A stretch of DNA of 36,199 nucleotides from a virus (lineage: Duplodnaviria; Heunggongvirae; Uroviricota; Caudoviricetes), in the IMG/VR virus record IMGVR_UViG_2778261083_000005; one strand, written 5' to 3'. This document shows, piece by piece, positions 1-10,144 of the stretch; positions within the stretch are counted from its first letter, which is position 1; each line of letters begins with the position of its first letter. Position numbers and translations under genes: made by a program. The notes under the pieces were generated by a model. The model saw nothing but the letters and a program-made list of their open reading frames with translations. It did not search any database and was not told the origin of the DNA.

Positions 1-258
1 ATGCAAACCGTTATTTTTGGTCGTTCGGGTTGCCCTTACTGTGTGCGTGCAAAAGATCTGGCTGAGAAATTGAGCAATGAACGCGATGATTTTCAGTATC
101 AGTATGTAGATATTCGTGCGGAAGGGATCACTAAAGAAGATCTACAACAAAAGGCAGGTAAACCCGTAGAAACCGTGCCGCAGATTTTTGTCGATCAGCA
201 ACATATCGGCGGCTATACCGATTTTGCTGCATGGGTGAAAGAAAATCTGGACGCCTGA
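1..258 (+). CDS. grxA: Glutaredoxin 1
   Basis: 85-aa ORF with ATG at 1 and TGA at 256-258; CPYC active-site motif (GCPYCVRAK); sequence recognised as E. coli GrxA. Confidence 0.9.
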   Translation: MQTVIFGRSGCPYCVRAKDLAEKLSNERDDFQYQYVDIRAEGITKEDLQQKAGKPVETVPQIFVDQQHIGGYTDFAAWVKENLDA

Positions 259-267
259 TCGTCTGAC

Positions 268-300
268 AAGCCCTCGCGTTGAGGGCTTTACTGATTTTTT
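268..300. terminator. Bidirectional intrinsic terminator between convergent grxA and ybjM
   Basis: Inverted repeat aagccctc(268-275)/gagggctt(281-288) followed by a T-run to ~300; lies between the two convergent stop codons. Confidence 0.5.
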
Positions 301-665
301 CTGTGCTGTGGTTTAAACAAACTACTGATAAATAAGAAACACAGTGCCCCCAGCGCACACCAGAACACCGCGCTTAGTAACCATGCCAGCTCTTGCCAGA
401 ATGAGCGCGTCGGTGAAAAAAACAGCCGCATAATGAGCATTGAACAGGGTGCCGCCAGCATTGCGCCAAATAGAGGTTTCAGGACTTCTCTACGCTGTGA
501 AAAGAAACTGGCAACTGCTCCAGGAAGAATGAAAAATAGCAAGCCGATTTCAGGATGCCCGGCAGCCCGAAAAGCGCCTTTCATGTGCGTCGCCAGAAAA
601 AGGCACACCACAATGAAGAGGACAAAACAGCAGATTGCCCCCGCCCAACGTTGTTTATGTTTCAC
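288..665 (-). CDS. ybjM: Inner membrane protein YbjM
   Basis: 125-aa hydrophobic ORF recognised as YbjM; start codon at 663-665 is GTG. Confidence 0.8.
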   Translation of the reverse strand: MKHKQRWAGAICCFVLFIVVCLFLATHMKGAFRAAGHPEIGLLFFILPGAVASFFSQRREVLKPLFGAMLAAPCSMLIMRLFFSPTRSFWQELAWLLSAVFWCALGALCFLFISSLFKPQHRKNQ

Positions 666-934
666 TCGTTCCTCCTGACACTGCGTCTATCGAACACATT
701 TTTCGCCAGTGTGGCGTTCAGTAAGATAAAGCCGCTTCGCATTCCATGCTAATATAGGCCAACGCAATTCATATAGCCGTTGATACCTAATGTGATTACA
801 CTAGTAAAATATATTGTTACTTTACTATCGTTTAGGTGCGCTGAATGAATCTGCGCCCTGAATTCTGGTAAAAAACATTATCGTAAATTACCATTTCTTT
901 CAACAGCTTACTAGTAAACAAGAAGTTAGCCTCC

Positions 935-2620
935 GTGAATATAAACGTCGCCGAATTGTTAAATGGGAATTACATTCTGTTATTATTTGTGGTCCTCGCG
1001 CTTGGGCTATGTCTCGGAAAGTTACGACTTGGTTCGATCCAACTGGGTAATTCCATTGGCGTTTTAGTCGTATCGCTGTTATTAGGCCAACAACATTTCA
1101 GCATTAACACCGATGCGCTTAATCTTGGCTTTATGCTGTTTATTTTCTGCGTCGGGGTCGAAGCCGGACCGAACTTTTTTTCCATTTTTTTTCGCGATGG
1201 GAAAAATTACCTAATGTTAGCACTGGTGATGGTTGGCAGTGCGCTGGTGATCGCCTTAGGGTTAGGTAAGCTGTTTGGCTGGGATATTGGCCTGACGGCC
1301 GGTATGTTAGCAGGCTCTATGACGTCGACACCGGTTCTGGTCGGTGCTGGCGATACACTGCGTCATTTCGGCATGGAAAGCAGGCAGCTCTCACTGGCAC
1401 TGGATAATCTGAGCCTCGGGTATGCCTTAACCTATTTAATCGGTCTGGTGAGTTTGATTGTTGGTGCGCGTTACTTGCCGAAATTGCAGCATCAGGACTT
1501 ACAGACCAGCGCCCAGCAAATCGCCCGCGAACGTGGCCTGGACACTGATGCCAACCGTAAGGTTTATTTACCGGTGATCCGCGCCTATCGCGTCGGCCCG
1601 GAGCTGGTGGCCTGGACCGACGGCAAAAATCTGCGTGAACTGGGTATTTATCGACAAACCGGCTGCTACATTGAACGTATTCGACGTAACGGGATTCTGG
1701 CAAATCCAGACGGTGATGCCGTGCTACAAATGGGCGATGAAATAGCGTTGGTAGGCTATCCCGACGCCCATGCCCGACTCGATCCCAGCTTCCGTAACGG
1801 TAAAGAAGTTTTCGATCGTGACCTTCTCGACATGCGTATCGTCACTGAAGAAGTGGTCGTTAAAAACCATAACGCTGTAGGTAAACGTCTCGCACAACTG
1901 AAGTTGACCGATCACGGTTGCTTCCTTAACCGCGTCATTCGTAGCCAGATTGAGATGCCGATAGATGACAACGTCGTGCTTAACAAAGGTGACGTTTTAC
2001 AAGTCAGCGGTGATGCCCGTCGCGTAAAAACCATCGCCGATCGCATCGGCTTTATCTCGATTCACAGCCAGGTCACTGACCTGCTGGCATTTTGCGCCTT
2101 CTTTGTTATTGGGCTGATGATCGGGATGATCACCTTCCAGTTCAGCACATTCAGTTTCGGCATGGGGAACGCTGCCGGGTTGTTATTCGCCGGAATTATG
2201 CTGGGCTTTATGCGTGCTAACCACCCGACCTTCGGTTACATTCCGCAAGGTGCATTAAGCATGGTGAAAGAGTTCGGCTTGATGGTGTTTATGGCAGGCG
2301 TTGGTCTGAGCGCCGGTAGCGGTATTAATAACGGCCTGGGCGCGATTGGCGGTCAGATGTTGATTGCCGGATTAATTGTCAGTCTTGTGCCCGTGGTTAT
2401 CTGTTTCTTGTTCGGTGCTTATGTATTGCGAATGAACCGCGCACTGTTGTTCGGCGCAATGATGGGCGCACGCACCTGCGCGCCGGCAATGGAGATCATC
2501 AGTGATACAGCTCGCAGTAACATCCCTGCGCTGGGCTATGCGGGCACCTACGCAATCGCCAACGTCCTGCTGACGCTGGCAGGGACAATCATCGTCATGG
2601 TATGGCCAGGATTAGGATAA
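935..2620 (+). CDS. ybjL: Putative AAE-family transporter YbjL
   Basis: 561-aa ORF beginning [20 protein letters not shown] (GTG start at 935); two membrane domains flanking a soluble central region; recognised as E. coli YbjL. Confidence 0.9.
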   Translation: MNINVAELLNGNYILLLFVVLALGLCLGKLRLGSIQLGNSIGVLVVSLLLGQQHFSINTDALNLGFMLFIFCVGVEAGPNFFSIFFRDGKNYLMLALVMVGSALVIALGLGKLFGWDIGLTAGMLAGSMTSTPVLVGAGDTLRHFGMESRQLSLALDNLSLGYALTYLIGLVSLIVGARYLPKLQHQDLQTSAQQIARERGLDTDANRKVYLPVIRAYRVGPELVAWTDGKNLRELGIYRQTGCYIERIRRNGILANPDGDAVLQMGDEIALVGYPDAHARLDPSFRNGKEVFDRDLLDMRIVTEEVVVKNHNAVGKRLAQLKLTDHGCFLNRVIRSQIEMPIDDNVVLNKGDVLQVSGDARRVKTIADRIGFISIHSQVTDLLAFCAFFVIGLMIGMITFQFSTFSFGMGNAAGLLFAGIMLGFMRANHPTFGYIPQGALSMVKEFGLMVFMAGVGLSAGSGINNGLGAIGGQMLIAGLIVSLVPVVICFLFGAYVLRMNRALLFGAMMGARTCAPAMEIISDTARSNIPALGYAGTYAIANVLLTLAGTIIVMVWPGLG

Positions 2621-2742
2621 AACTGAAGTTGCCCTGAAAATGAAATTTTTTTGCACAACCGCAGAACTTTTCCGCAGGGCATCAGTCTTAATTAGTGCCA
2701 CTGCTTTTCTTTGATGTCCCCATTTTGTGGAGCCCATCAACC

Positions 2743-2777
2743 CCGCCATTTCGGTTCAAGGTTGATGGGTTTTTTGT
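2743..2777 (+). terminator. Rho-independent terminator of ybjL
   Basis: Stem cccatcaacc / ggttgatggg followed by TTTTTTGTTG; the last clearly host-like feature before the prophage. Confidence 0.6.
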
Positions 2778-2855
2778 TGTCTGAAATTTATGCCTTTTAA
2801 AATCATGATGTTAGAAGCACTGCTTTTTAACGATGGCGACAAAATGGCGGCAGCG

Positions 2856-3074
2856 TCAAAGAGAGAGCGCCACCTGTCCTGATTTCATTGGATGCGGCTG
2901 AACCGGATTTGACTCTTTTGGCGTTGCAATCGAACGAACAAAAGTTTCATGGGTAACAAAAGTATGGCTGCAGTTAATGTTCTGGCACTGGTTGTAACGC
3001 TCTTTGGTCAATGAAGATACCTGAAAACTGCTGCGAGTATGGGCGGCACTTCCACACAGTGGGCAAATCATCAT
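2856..3074 (-). CDS. ogr: Late-gene transcriptional activator, Ogr/B family zinc finger
   Basis: 72 aa from ATG at 3074 (GGGGAGAG SD upstream); CPLC...C...C motif (MICPLCGSAAH...YNQCQNINCSHTF); sits downstream of gene D as in P2/186. Confidence 0.8.
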   Translation of the reverse strand: MMICPLCGSAAHTRSSFQVSSLTKERYNQCQNINCSHTFVTHETFVRSIATPKESNPVQPHPMKSGQVALSL

Positions 3075-3164
3075 TTTTCGAGCTCTCCCCATTTTTGCTA
3101 AATTCACAATAATGATACCGTATTATTCCATTTTGCAAACTTAAAAGTTCTCCATTGCGAAGAA

Positions 3165-4265
3165 TCATTCCATTTCGAAATCATCAATCTTCACTTCGAG
3201 TTCAATACTGGTTGTAAAACCGTTATCCGGGCTGACAGTATGTGTCAGAGTCGTAATGGTCCATTCCGCATCATCTATCGGCTGTTTAAAGCCACTGACT
3301 TTCACTGGCATTTCCGTGTAGAGATCTGCCCGCCCTTCCGCCAGTTGTAGCGAGAATGACGCAACGCCGCGTTGCAGGCGTTCCCACTGCATTTTTGCCG
3401 CTCGTTCGGCGTTGCTCCGGTTGGCATAAGTGCGATTAAGTACCAGCACGTTTTCATCCGTCCCCACCAGGTAATCGCCCTGCTTCGCTTCCGGCTCTTT
3501 CTTCTGCTTCTTAGTCCTGCGCTTACGCTTCACCGTAGTGCTTTCTTTCTTCGCGGGTTCGCGGGTATGCAACCAGCTGGCAATTACCCCCGTGTAAGCT
3601 CCGCGATCTGCCAGGGTAAAGCGGTGACTGTCGCCGTCCTTACGTGTGATAGTGATCACCGGTAGTGGTTTACCGCTGGCGCTTTTACCCTGTCCCTGTC
3701 GGATGAATAACAGATTGCCATTTTTCACCGACGCAATAGCACCGTACTGGCGCGCCAACCGCATCAGAAAACTGCCGTCACTCTCATTGGTCTGGTCTAT
3801 ATGTTCCACGGGTTTATCTGACAGGTCTTTACCCAATGCCATCTTCAGTTTGTGCCGCGCAGCTATTTCCTTCACCACTTCCCCAACGGTGGTCTTGTGC
3901 CACGACTTTTCACGGCGGGTATTCAGCGTTTCACGAAAATCAGCACTTCGCGCCCGGATAGTCAGGCGATCCGGTGCGCCAGTGTGTTCAATCTCGTCCA
4001 CCGTGAATGCCCCTTTCGGGAAAAGCGGCTGCCCCTTCCAGCCCAGCGCCAGCGTAATAACCGCACCACGACGCGGCAGCACGATTTTTCCATCGGCGTC
4101 GTCCAGTTCCAGATCAAGCTGGTCTGCTTCAAAGCCCCGGTTATCCGTCAGCGTCAGACTCATCAGGCGGTTGTCCAGCACTGTGGTGATATCCTTGCCT
4201 TCAATACTGATGCTGAATGCCGGAGTTTTGTTGCCTTTGTTAAGCAGTTCAGAGCTGAAATTCAC
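3165..4265 (-). CDS. D: Tail protein gpD
   Basis: 366 aa; conserved GKDIT...LTLTDNRGFEADQLDLELDDADG block matching P2 gpD; GTG start overlapping the U stop (GTGA). Confidence 0.85.
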   Translation of the reverse strand: MNFSSELLNKGNKTPAFSISIEGKDITTVLDNRLMSLTLTDNRGFEADQLDLELDDADGKIVLPRRGAVITLALGWKGQPLFPKGAFTVDEIEHTGAPDRLTIRARSADFRETLNTRREKSWHKTTVGEVVKEIAARHKLKMALGKDLSDKPVEHIDQTNESDGSFLMRLARQYGAIASVKNGNLLFIRQGQGKSASGKPLPVITITRKDGDSHRFTLADRGAYTGVIASWLHTREPAKKESTTVKRKRRTKKQKKEPEAKQGDYLVGTDENVLVLNRTYANRSNAERAAKMQWERLQRGVASFSLQLAEGRADLYTEMPVKVSGFKQPIDDAEWTITTLTHTVSPDNGFTTSIELEVKIDDFEME

Positions 4266-4747
4266 GACAGCAGCCCTCCCACCGTTTTACTGATATCGCT
4301 TAATGCAGACGTTGCAGTATCCTGCAGATTATTCAGCTGCGCACTGAGATCACCGAACATATCGGACAGGGATTCATCCACCCGTTTGAGCGACAGGGTG
4401 AACTCAATCCGGCGCGGCATACCATCGCGGAAAAACTCCGTTTTAGTCTGATTCAGTCCCTCAATCACATACATGCCATAAATCGTGCCGCTGCCTTCAA
4501 TCAGGGGCCATGCTTTCCCCTGTTCTGCCATCTGCTCCAGTGCCAGCAACGACAGCCTGCCGCCTGTTATCTCCGGCATAAGAACACCAGAAAGCGTCAG
4601 CATGTCGTTGTCCGGTCCCAGAAACTGCGTGGACGGACGACGATTTACCCGACTGTTTGCCGCATATCGCCAGCTGCGTTGATACTGCAGCTCCTGATAC
4701 GGTACGGTGCGCAGCATAAACACGTACAATCCCAGCACCATCATCAT
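4262..4747 (-). CDS. U: Tail protein gpU
   Basis: 161 aa; ATG at 4745-4747 overlaps the T stop (ATGA); position and size as P2 gpU. Confidence 0.85.
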   Translation of the reverse strand: MMMVLGLYVFMLRTVPYQELQYQRSWRYAANSRVNRRPSTQFLGPDNDMLTLSGVLMPEITGGRLSLLALEQMAEQGKAWPLIEGSGTIYGMYVIEGLNQTKTEFFRDGMPRRIEFTLSLKRVDESLSDMFGDLSAQLNNLQDTATSALSDISKTVGGLLS

Positions 4748-7700
4748 GCGTCGTATCCCCCCTGATCGCTGTAGTTACTCCTGGCCTTTGCCTTCAGTCT
4801 GCGTTCACGTTCATCAAGCTGGCGTGCCACCTCCCGCGCAATATCCTGCGCACTTTGTCCTGGCTGCGTCTGGATGATGATCTGCGTCGGTGCCTCAATC
4901 CGGTGAACGGGCGGCACAGCAGCTGCGCGACTCACCATCGCTTCGCCGCCTTTCGCGGGAAGTGCCAAAGGGTGCAACGGTGGAAGCTCTGCTGGCGCGG
5001 CAGCAACACCCATCATTCCGGCAACAACCGCAGCCAGTGCAGCTGTATTTCTCCGGCTGGTCACGTTTGCCGGACCGTTAACAATTTCAGGCCCGTTTTC
5101 ACCGACAATGCCGAACTGCCCGCGCGGGATATACCCGCCGCTGTCATACATCCCCGCAAAGCCATATCCCCATGACGGAAAACCACCCGATGGCATCATC
5201 ACTTTACCGTCTGCATTCACCGTCGCAGGTTGCTGACGCGTCACGCTTTCCGGCAGTTTCGCTTTTGCAGCCTCTTTACTGACAATGCCGAGTTTCTCCA
5301 GCAACCAGGAAACGCCGGATTTCAGCGAGTCCAGTGGATGCATGACCATATTCAGCCCTTCCGCCAGTGCCTCCCCGAATCGTCGCCCCATTGCCGCTGC
5401 ACTCTGCAGTTCGGCAGAGGTCGACTTAACAGGCATCAGCAGGTCAGTAAACCAGCCCCACAGCGCCTGCACTTTGTCTCCAATCCACTGGAACACAGGC
5501 TTAAGTGGTTCGAATGCGGCACTGATGGGACCAGCCGCTGCTTTGAATCCTTCCACCACGCCACCGAGAAATGCGGTGATGGGTTGCCAGTATTTCCAGA
5601 CAACCAGCGCCACGCCTGCCAGTGTAGTAACCACAAGACCTATCGGACTGAGCAGAGCACCTAACAGACCAGATATGGCATACAGGGCCACGCGCAGCAT
5701 CGCCAGCGGACCGGATGCCAGCACACGAAGCACCGCGCCTGTGGCAGTCAGCCCGCCGCGTAGTGCTGCCAGAGGATTCATAAACATCACAGCAACAGCA
5801 CGTAAACCGGATAATCCAGACCGCAATAGTGCAACCGGCGCACCTGCTACAGTTTTCAGGACATTCCCCGTCAGTGATGCCGTGCGACGCAAAGACGACA
5901 ACGGCGCAGTAAGTAAACCCGCTGCGTTGCCCGATGAAGCAAGCCCGCGTCGCAGCAGTGCCAGTGGTGCGCCAGCCAGCCAGGACAACGCGCTGCTGGT
6001 TCGAGTTACTGCTGCCGTAACGGAAGGTAACGTTTTGATACCCAGCACAGAGAATCCCAGACGGATCACTGCCAGCGGCCCCAGCACTGCAGCCAGCGCC
6101 ACCGCTAAGGTGCCGAGGCCTACGGTAACCGCAGCCACAACAGCCGCTACTTTCATCAGTGTGCCTGTCAGTTCCGGGTTAGCTTCCACCCAGCGGCGCG
6201 ACGCTCCCGTGACGCTTTTCACCATGTACAGAATATCCATCAGCGGCTGGCGCAGCGTTTCGCCCAGGCTGCTGAAGGTGTTCTGCGCTCCGGTTTTGAC
6301 CAGCAACCACTGCGCAGAAAGTGAGTCCTTGTTAATGTCGGATTCTTTCTGCATGGAGCCGAGCGCATCATTGCCCGCTGTCAGCTTTAACTGGCGCTGC
6401 AGTTCCGGCAGGTTGTTTGCCAGTTTCGCTGCGTCATCGCCAAACTCTTTACCAAACAACATGGTCATGGCAGACAGGCGCTTATCCTGCGGCAGAGCAT
6501 TCACCTTCTCCAGCACGCGCTGGATGGTTCCCATCGCATCCTTCGTCATCTGCTTTTCAATCAATTCAGGATTGAGTTTCAGCAGATTCATCCCTTCAAA
6601 GAAGCTCTTGCTTTGCATGGTGGCAATGGACAATTCACGCACCATCGCGTTTGCTGCACTGGCTGCAACCTCCGGCGCAGCGCCCAGTGTCAGGAAGGTG
6701 GAACCCAGCGCCGCCGCTTTACGGTAATCCAAACGATCAGCCACACCGCCCAGGCGTTGCATGACATCAATGATGTCTGCCCCTTTCGACATGGCGTTAT
6801 CATCCAGATAGTTCAGCGCATCACCGAGCTGTTCAATATTGCGGGTAGGGATTTTGTAGAGCTGGGCGATTTTCCCCAGACTTTCTGACAGTTCATCCGC
6901 TGGCAGCTCAAAGGCTGTTGCCGCCTTTGCCGCCGTGCTGGCGAAGGCCAGCAGGTCACGTTTCTGGTCTTCCCAGCTGTCGTCAGGGTTTGCGACGTTC
7001 ATGCGCGCCCCACCTTCAACCAGTGCGGCGAAGTCCACAGCACCGTTTTCCATCGGCAACTGTTCGCTGGCAGCCTTGATGGCATCCTGCATTTCATAAA
7101 AACGCGCAGTGCGGTTGCCATTATCGTCACGCAGACCATTGACCTGCTTTGCCACACCTTTCATGGCATCTTCCATGCTGGTATAGCTTTTTACTGCCGC
7201 CATCACTGGTGCGCCCATTGCCAGCCCTGCAGCCGTGGTGGTGGCTCCGGCACTTGCAATACGATCACGCACCTCCAGCGAACGGGCATAACTGGCACGC
7301 GCTGCATTCATCCTGCGCTGAGCTTCTCCCAGTCGCTTCAGCCGCGCCTCCTGTTTCGAAAGTTCCTGGTTATAACGTGATGTTTCACGGGCTAAACGAG
7401 CGGTTGCTCCCGCATCGTCTTTCGCAGAAATTCCCGCCCGGTACAGCTCTGCACGCACAAGCGCCGTTTGCTTCTGCAAATATTTTTGTTGTTCTTCCAG
7501 GCGTTGGACTGCCAGCGTTTGCCGACCTAAAGCCACAAGGTGCCGTTGTGATGGTTGTTCCATCGCCTCCAGCTCAGAGCTAAGCAAATTAGCCTTCTGT
7601 CTGGCATAGTTCAGCCTGTCGCCTAACTTCTTGTTATCGGCCTGCAGCTTGCGAAATTTTTCCAGGCTGTTACCCGCCTGATTGAGTTGCTTTAATGCGT

Positions 7701-7821
7701 CACGGGAGTTTCTGATTGCGCCAGCCAGCTCTTTCGAACTGGCCTGTGCAGCACGGAATGGGCGGGTGAGTTTGTCAACCGCATTAAGAATGACCTGCAG
7801 GCGCAGGTTGTTATCACTCAT
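4744..7821 (-). CDS. T: Tail tape measure protein gpT
   Basis: 1025 aa, Ala/Leu-rich with coiled-coil N-terminus and Gly/Ala-rich hydrophobic central region; follows E/E' as in P2. Confidence 0.85.
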   Translation of the reverse strand: MSDNNLRLQVILNAVDKLTRPFRAAQASSKELAGAIRNSRDALKQLNQAGNSLEKFRKLQADNKKLGDRLNYARQKANLLSSELEAMEQPSQRHLVALGRQTLAVQRLEEQQKYLQKQTALVRAELYRAGISAKDDAGATARLARETSRYNQELSKQEARLKRLGEAQRRMNAARASYARSLEVRDRIASAGATTTAAGLAMGAPVMAAVKSYTSMEDAMKGVAKQVNGLRDDNGNRTARFYEMQDAIKAASEQLPMENGAVDFAALVEGGARMNVANPDDSWEDQKRDLLAFASTAAKAATAFELPADELSESLGKIAQLYKIPTRNIEQLGDALNYLDDNAMSKGADIIDVMQRLGGVADRLDYRKAAALGSTFLTLGAAPEVAASAANAMVRELSIATMQSKSFFEGMNLLKLNPELIEKQMTKDAMGTIQRVLEKVNALPQDKRLSAMTMLFGKEFGDDAAKLANNLPELQRQLKLTAGNDALGSMQKESDINKDSLSAQWLLVKTGAQNTFSSLGETLRQPLMDILYMVKSVTGASRRWVEANPELTGTLMKVAAVVAAVTVGLGTLAVALAAVLGPLAVIRLGFSVLGIKTLPSVTAAVTRTSSALSWLAGAPLALLRRGLASSGNAAGLLTAPLSSLRRTASLTGNVLKTVAGAPVALLRSGLSGLRAVAVMFMNPLAALRGGLTATGAVLRVLASGPLAMLRVALYAISGLLGALLSPIGLVVTTLAGVALVVWKYWQPITAFLGGVVEGFKAAAGPISAAFEPLKPVFQWIGDKVQALWGWFTDLLMPVKSTSAELQSAAAMGRRFGEALAEGLNMVMHPLDSLKSGVSWLLEKLGIVSKEAAKAKLPESVTRQQPATVNADGKVMMPSGGFPSWGYGFAGMYDSGGYIPRGQFGIVGENGPEIVNGPANVTSRRNTAALAAVVAGMMGVAAAPAELPPLHPLALPAKGGEAMVSRAAAVPPVHRIEAPTQIIIQTQPGQSAQDIAREVARQLDERERRLKAKARSNYSDQGGYDA

Positions 7822-8250
7822 CGTTGGCCCCGCTTCTCTGAATCGCTTTATACCGCCATTCCAGCACTTCGGTCAGCGGCATAACGTCAGTAACGGATGG
7901 CGGCCAGTGAAAGATGGTGGCGATATCTGCCACCAGATCGTCAACCGTCAGGCTGTCGGTAAACCGGCAAGCACCGACTTCTTCAACAAAAAAGTGACAA
8001 CCTCAACCGACATGGCAGTGAGATCTGCCGGGTCCATCTCTGCGATTTCCTGTGCAGTCAGTGCCGGACTGGAGATGCGGGGGATCACGGTCATCATCGC
8101 GTTCACATCCATATCCATAATGGCCTGCAGGCGTGTGCCGCGCAGCGCACCAGACTGCGGTTTACGCAACACAATTTCGGTAATTTCTGTTTTACCGCGC
8201 ATGATAGGAGTATCCAGTTGGATGGTCTTTTCAGTCTGCTTATCGCTCAT
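7814..8250 (-). CDS. gpE+E' fusion produced by programmed -1 ribosomal frameshift
   Basis: Manual translation of the -1 frame after the slippery site T-TTT-TTG (minus strand 7993..7987) gives VEEVGACRFTDSLTVDDLVADIATIFHWPPSVTDVMPLTEVLEWRYKAIQRSGANDE with stop at 7814-7816, overlapping the T start. Confidence 0.6.
7948..8250 (-). CDS. E: Tail assembly chaperone gpE
   Basis: 100-aa ORF, ATG at 8248-8250; contains the TTTTTTG slippery heptamer near its 3' end. Confidence 0.8.
   Translation of the reverse strand: MSDKQTEKTIQLDTPIMRGKTEITEIVLRKPQSGALRGTRLQAIMDMDVNAMMTVIPRISSPALTAQEIAEMDPADLTAMSVEVVTFLLKKSVLAGLPTA
7987..7993 (-). other. Slippery heptamer TTTTTTG for the E/E' -1 frameshift
   Basis: Plus-strand caaaaaa at 7987-7993, in frame as T TTT TTG within E. 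Confidence 0.65.
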
Positions 8251-8304
8251 TTTGTTGTCCTGTAAATTGGGTTCTGGCGCGGAATCCCGCGCCGTTCAGA
8301 TACA

Positions 8305-8820
8305 TCAGAGGCCGAGGGCGTTGCGGTGCGCTTCCATCAGGTCCACACCGTCCACAATTTCCACCATGTTGATAAGGTCCACTTCATAAAGCACCTCACC
8401 ATTGATGGTCAGCTTCGCGTAGCTGTTGGTGCTGGTCACTTTGGTGGTGTTGCTTTCGCCCGTCTTCCACTCGCCGGAATCCACTTCTTTGTGACGTCCA
8501 CGTACCACAAGCTCCACGGCCTGCACTTCCCCGGTATCGTCACGCTGGATAGAGCCGGTAAAGCGCAGCTGGATGCCATCCACAGTGGCTTTGCCCATCT
8601 GTTTAAACAGCAGCAGTTCAGTACCACCAATGGAAAATTCTGTGTCCAGAGCACTGTCATCAAGCCCCAGATCCACATCCACTGCACCAGGCATCCCGCC
8701 GCCGCGATACTTCTCATATTTGCGGGTGAATTTCGGCAGCGTCAGCGACTCTACGATCCCCTGCCAGTTGTTCCCGTCGTTAAACAGGTTCAGGTGTTTT
8801 AATTTACGTGGTAAAGCCAT
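8305..8820 (-). CDS. FII: Tail tube protein gpFII
   Basis: 171 aa, ATG at 8818-8820; immediately downstream of the sheath gene as in P2. Confidence 0.85.
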   Translation of the reverse strand: MALPRKLKHLNLFNDGNNWQGIVESLTLPKFTRKYEKYRGGGMPGAVDVDLGLDDSALDTEFSIGGTELLLFKQMGKATVDGIQLRFTGSIQRDDTGEVQAVELVVRGRHKEVDSGEWKTGESNTTKVTSTNSYAKLTINGEVLYEVDLINMVEIVDGVDLMEAHRNALGL

Positions 8821-8829
8821 GTTGTCCCC

Positions 8830-10002
8830 TTACGCGCTGACCTGGCTGGCGAAATTCACCAGGTACTGATCGGTGATGCGCTGACGCAGCATCAGGTTTT
8901 CAAGTGGCGGCACTGGCGTGTAGTCGTAGTCGATGGTGAGTTTCCCGGCTTTCAGCGTGTCTTTGTCATTCACCGACTCGTCCAGCCAGCAATCACCACC
9001 AATGAGATAGCCCTGACTGACCAGGCTGCGCATTTTGGCGCGGATACCTTCGATAATGTCGCGGGCCAGCGACGGGTTCAGCGGTTTGTCCACCGCCCAC
9101 ATATGCGCTTCTGCCATCGTGTCCATCAGTACCTGCGCCGTGCGGGTGTAGTTTTCGAAGGCAAAGAGCGGGTCATCACTCAGGCAGCGGGAACCCCAGA
9201 AGCGAAAACCGTCTTTGCGGATAAGCGTGGTGACGTCGTTCTGGTTCAGCAGACCTGCATCTGTTGCCGGGTCCTGCAGATCCCAGAACACATCAGCAGA
9301 AATTCCGGTGACACCGTTCACGCCCACGTTGGACAGGCTTTTGTGCCATCCGGTCTGCTCGTCAATTTTGGCGCGCAGACCAAGCGCACGGGCGGTGGCA
9401 TATGCCGTTGCTTCGGCATTCAGCACCGTGTCCCAGCCAGTAAAGTCAGGCCAGATCAGCATCCCTTCGCGCTGGCTGAAGTTTTCACGGTAAGTGATCG
9501 CCTCCTGTACCGTCTTGCAGCCATATGCTGACAGGTAGGCAAACCCACGCAGGCTTTGCGCCACACTCAGCAACTCAGTAGCAACGGCTTTGTTATCGTG
9601 ACCTGGCACGCCGAGAATGCGCGGTTTAACGCCGAGCTGTGCCTGTGCAGATAACAGGGCTTTCATGCCAGTTTTTTTACCTTCAGCGGTCACTGCGCCG
9701 ATGATATTGGTCGTGGTTTCTTCTTCCGTTTCACCCTGCGGCACACGCACAACAACGGTCACGGGTTTTGCCTGGTCAGCGATGGCATCCAGCGAACGGG
9801 CCAGCGTGCCGGACTCACCCGCTTTACCGCTGGCAGTCAGCACATCAGTGATCAGCACGGGTTTATTAAGAGGAAACATTTTTGCATCGGCATCATCGCC
9901 CGTGCAGACCATACCCACGATGGCGGTGCTCACCGTGGTAATGGATCGGGTGCCTTCGTTGACTTCAACAACGCGCACCCCGTGGTGGTAATCCTGAGCC
10001 AT
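8830..10002 (-). CDS. FI: Contractile tail sheath protein gpFI
   Basis: 390 aa, ATG at 10000-10002; sheath-like sequence and synteny. Confidence 0.9.
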   Translation of the reverse strand: MAQDYHHGVRVVEVNEGTRSITTVSTAIVGMVCTGDDADAKMFPLNKPVLITDVLTASGKAGESGTLARSLDAIADQAKPVTVVVRVPQGETEEETTTNIIGAVTAEGKKTGMKALLSAQAQLGVKPRILGVPGHDNKAVATELLSVAQSLRGFAYLSAYGCKTVQEAITYRENFSQREGMLIWPDFTGWDTVLNAEATAYATARALGLRAKIDEQTGWHKSLSNVGVNGVTGISADVFWDLQDPATDAGLLNQNDVTTLIRKDGFRFWGSRCLSDDPLFAFENYTRTAQVLMDTMAEAHMWAVDKPLNPSLARDIIEGIRAKMRSLVSQGYLIGGDCWLDESVNDKDTLKAGKLTIDYDYTPVPPLENLMLRQRITDQYLVNFASQVSA

Positions 10003-10078
10003 AGTGGCGAACCTCCTGATTGGATTAGGCTTCGCCCTATGTTGAAGTGATTGTGCCTGACAAACAGCTAAGCGCAGT

Positions 10079-10096
10079 TGTACCGTTATTCACACA
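10079..10096 (-). promoter_or_regulatory. Candidate Ogr/B activator site of late promoter PF (TGT-N12-ACA dyad)
   Basis: TGTaccgttattcacACA centred ~85 nt upstream of the FI ATG. Confidence 0.45.
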
Positions 10097-10144
10097 AAAT
10101 GACGGTATTTGTCTACTTGCAGGGATAATCAAAATAATGCTGAT

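Noticed and set aside
1317-1915. Minus-strand ORFs (128 aa and 63 aa) inside ybjL
   Set aside because: Antisense to the conserved host gene ybjL; no start context or similarity.
2974-3168. 64-aa minus-strand ORF overlapping the ogr start and the D stop
   Set aside because: Alternative frame across the ogr promoter/5' region; the zinc-finger frame (2856..3074) is the supported one.
5285-6727. 480-aa plus-strand ORF, with several shorter ones (4855..5175, 5230..5664, 6613..6888, 7149..7583), inside the tape-measure gene
   Set aside because: Antisense to the strongly supported 1025-aa gpT; Ala/Ser/Pro/Arg-rich low-complexity translation typical of GC-rich antisense frames; no RBS noted.
7682-8389. 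235-aa plus-strand ORF spanning the T/E junction
   Set aside because: Antisense to gpT, gpE and the E' extension, which are supported by synteny and the frameshift site.
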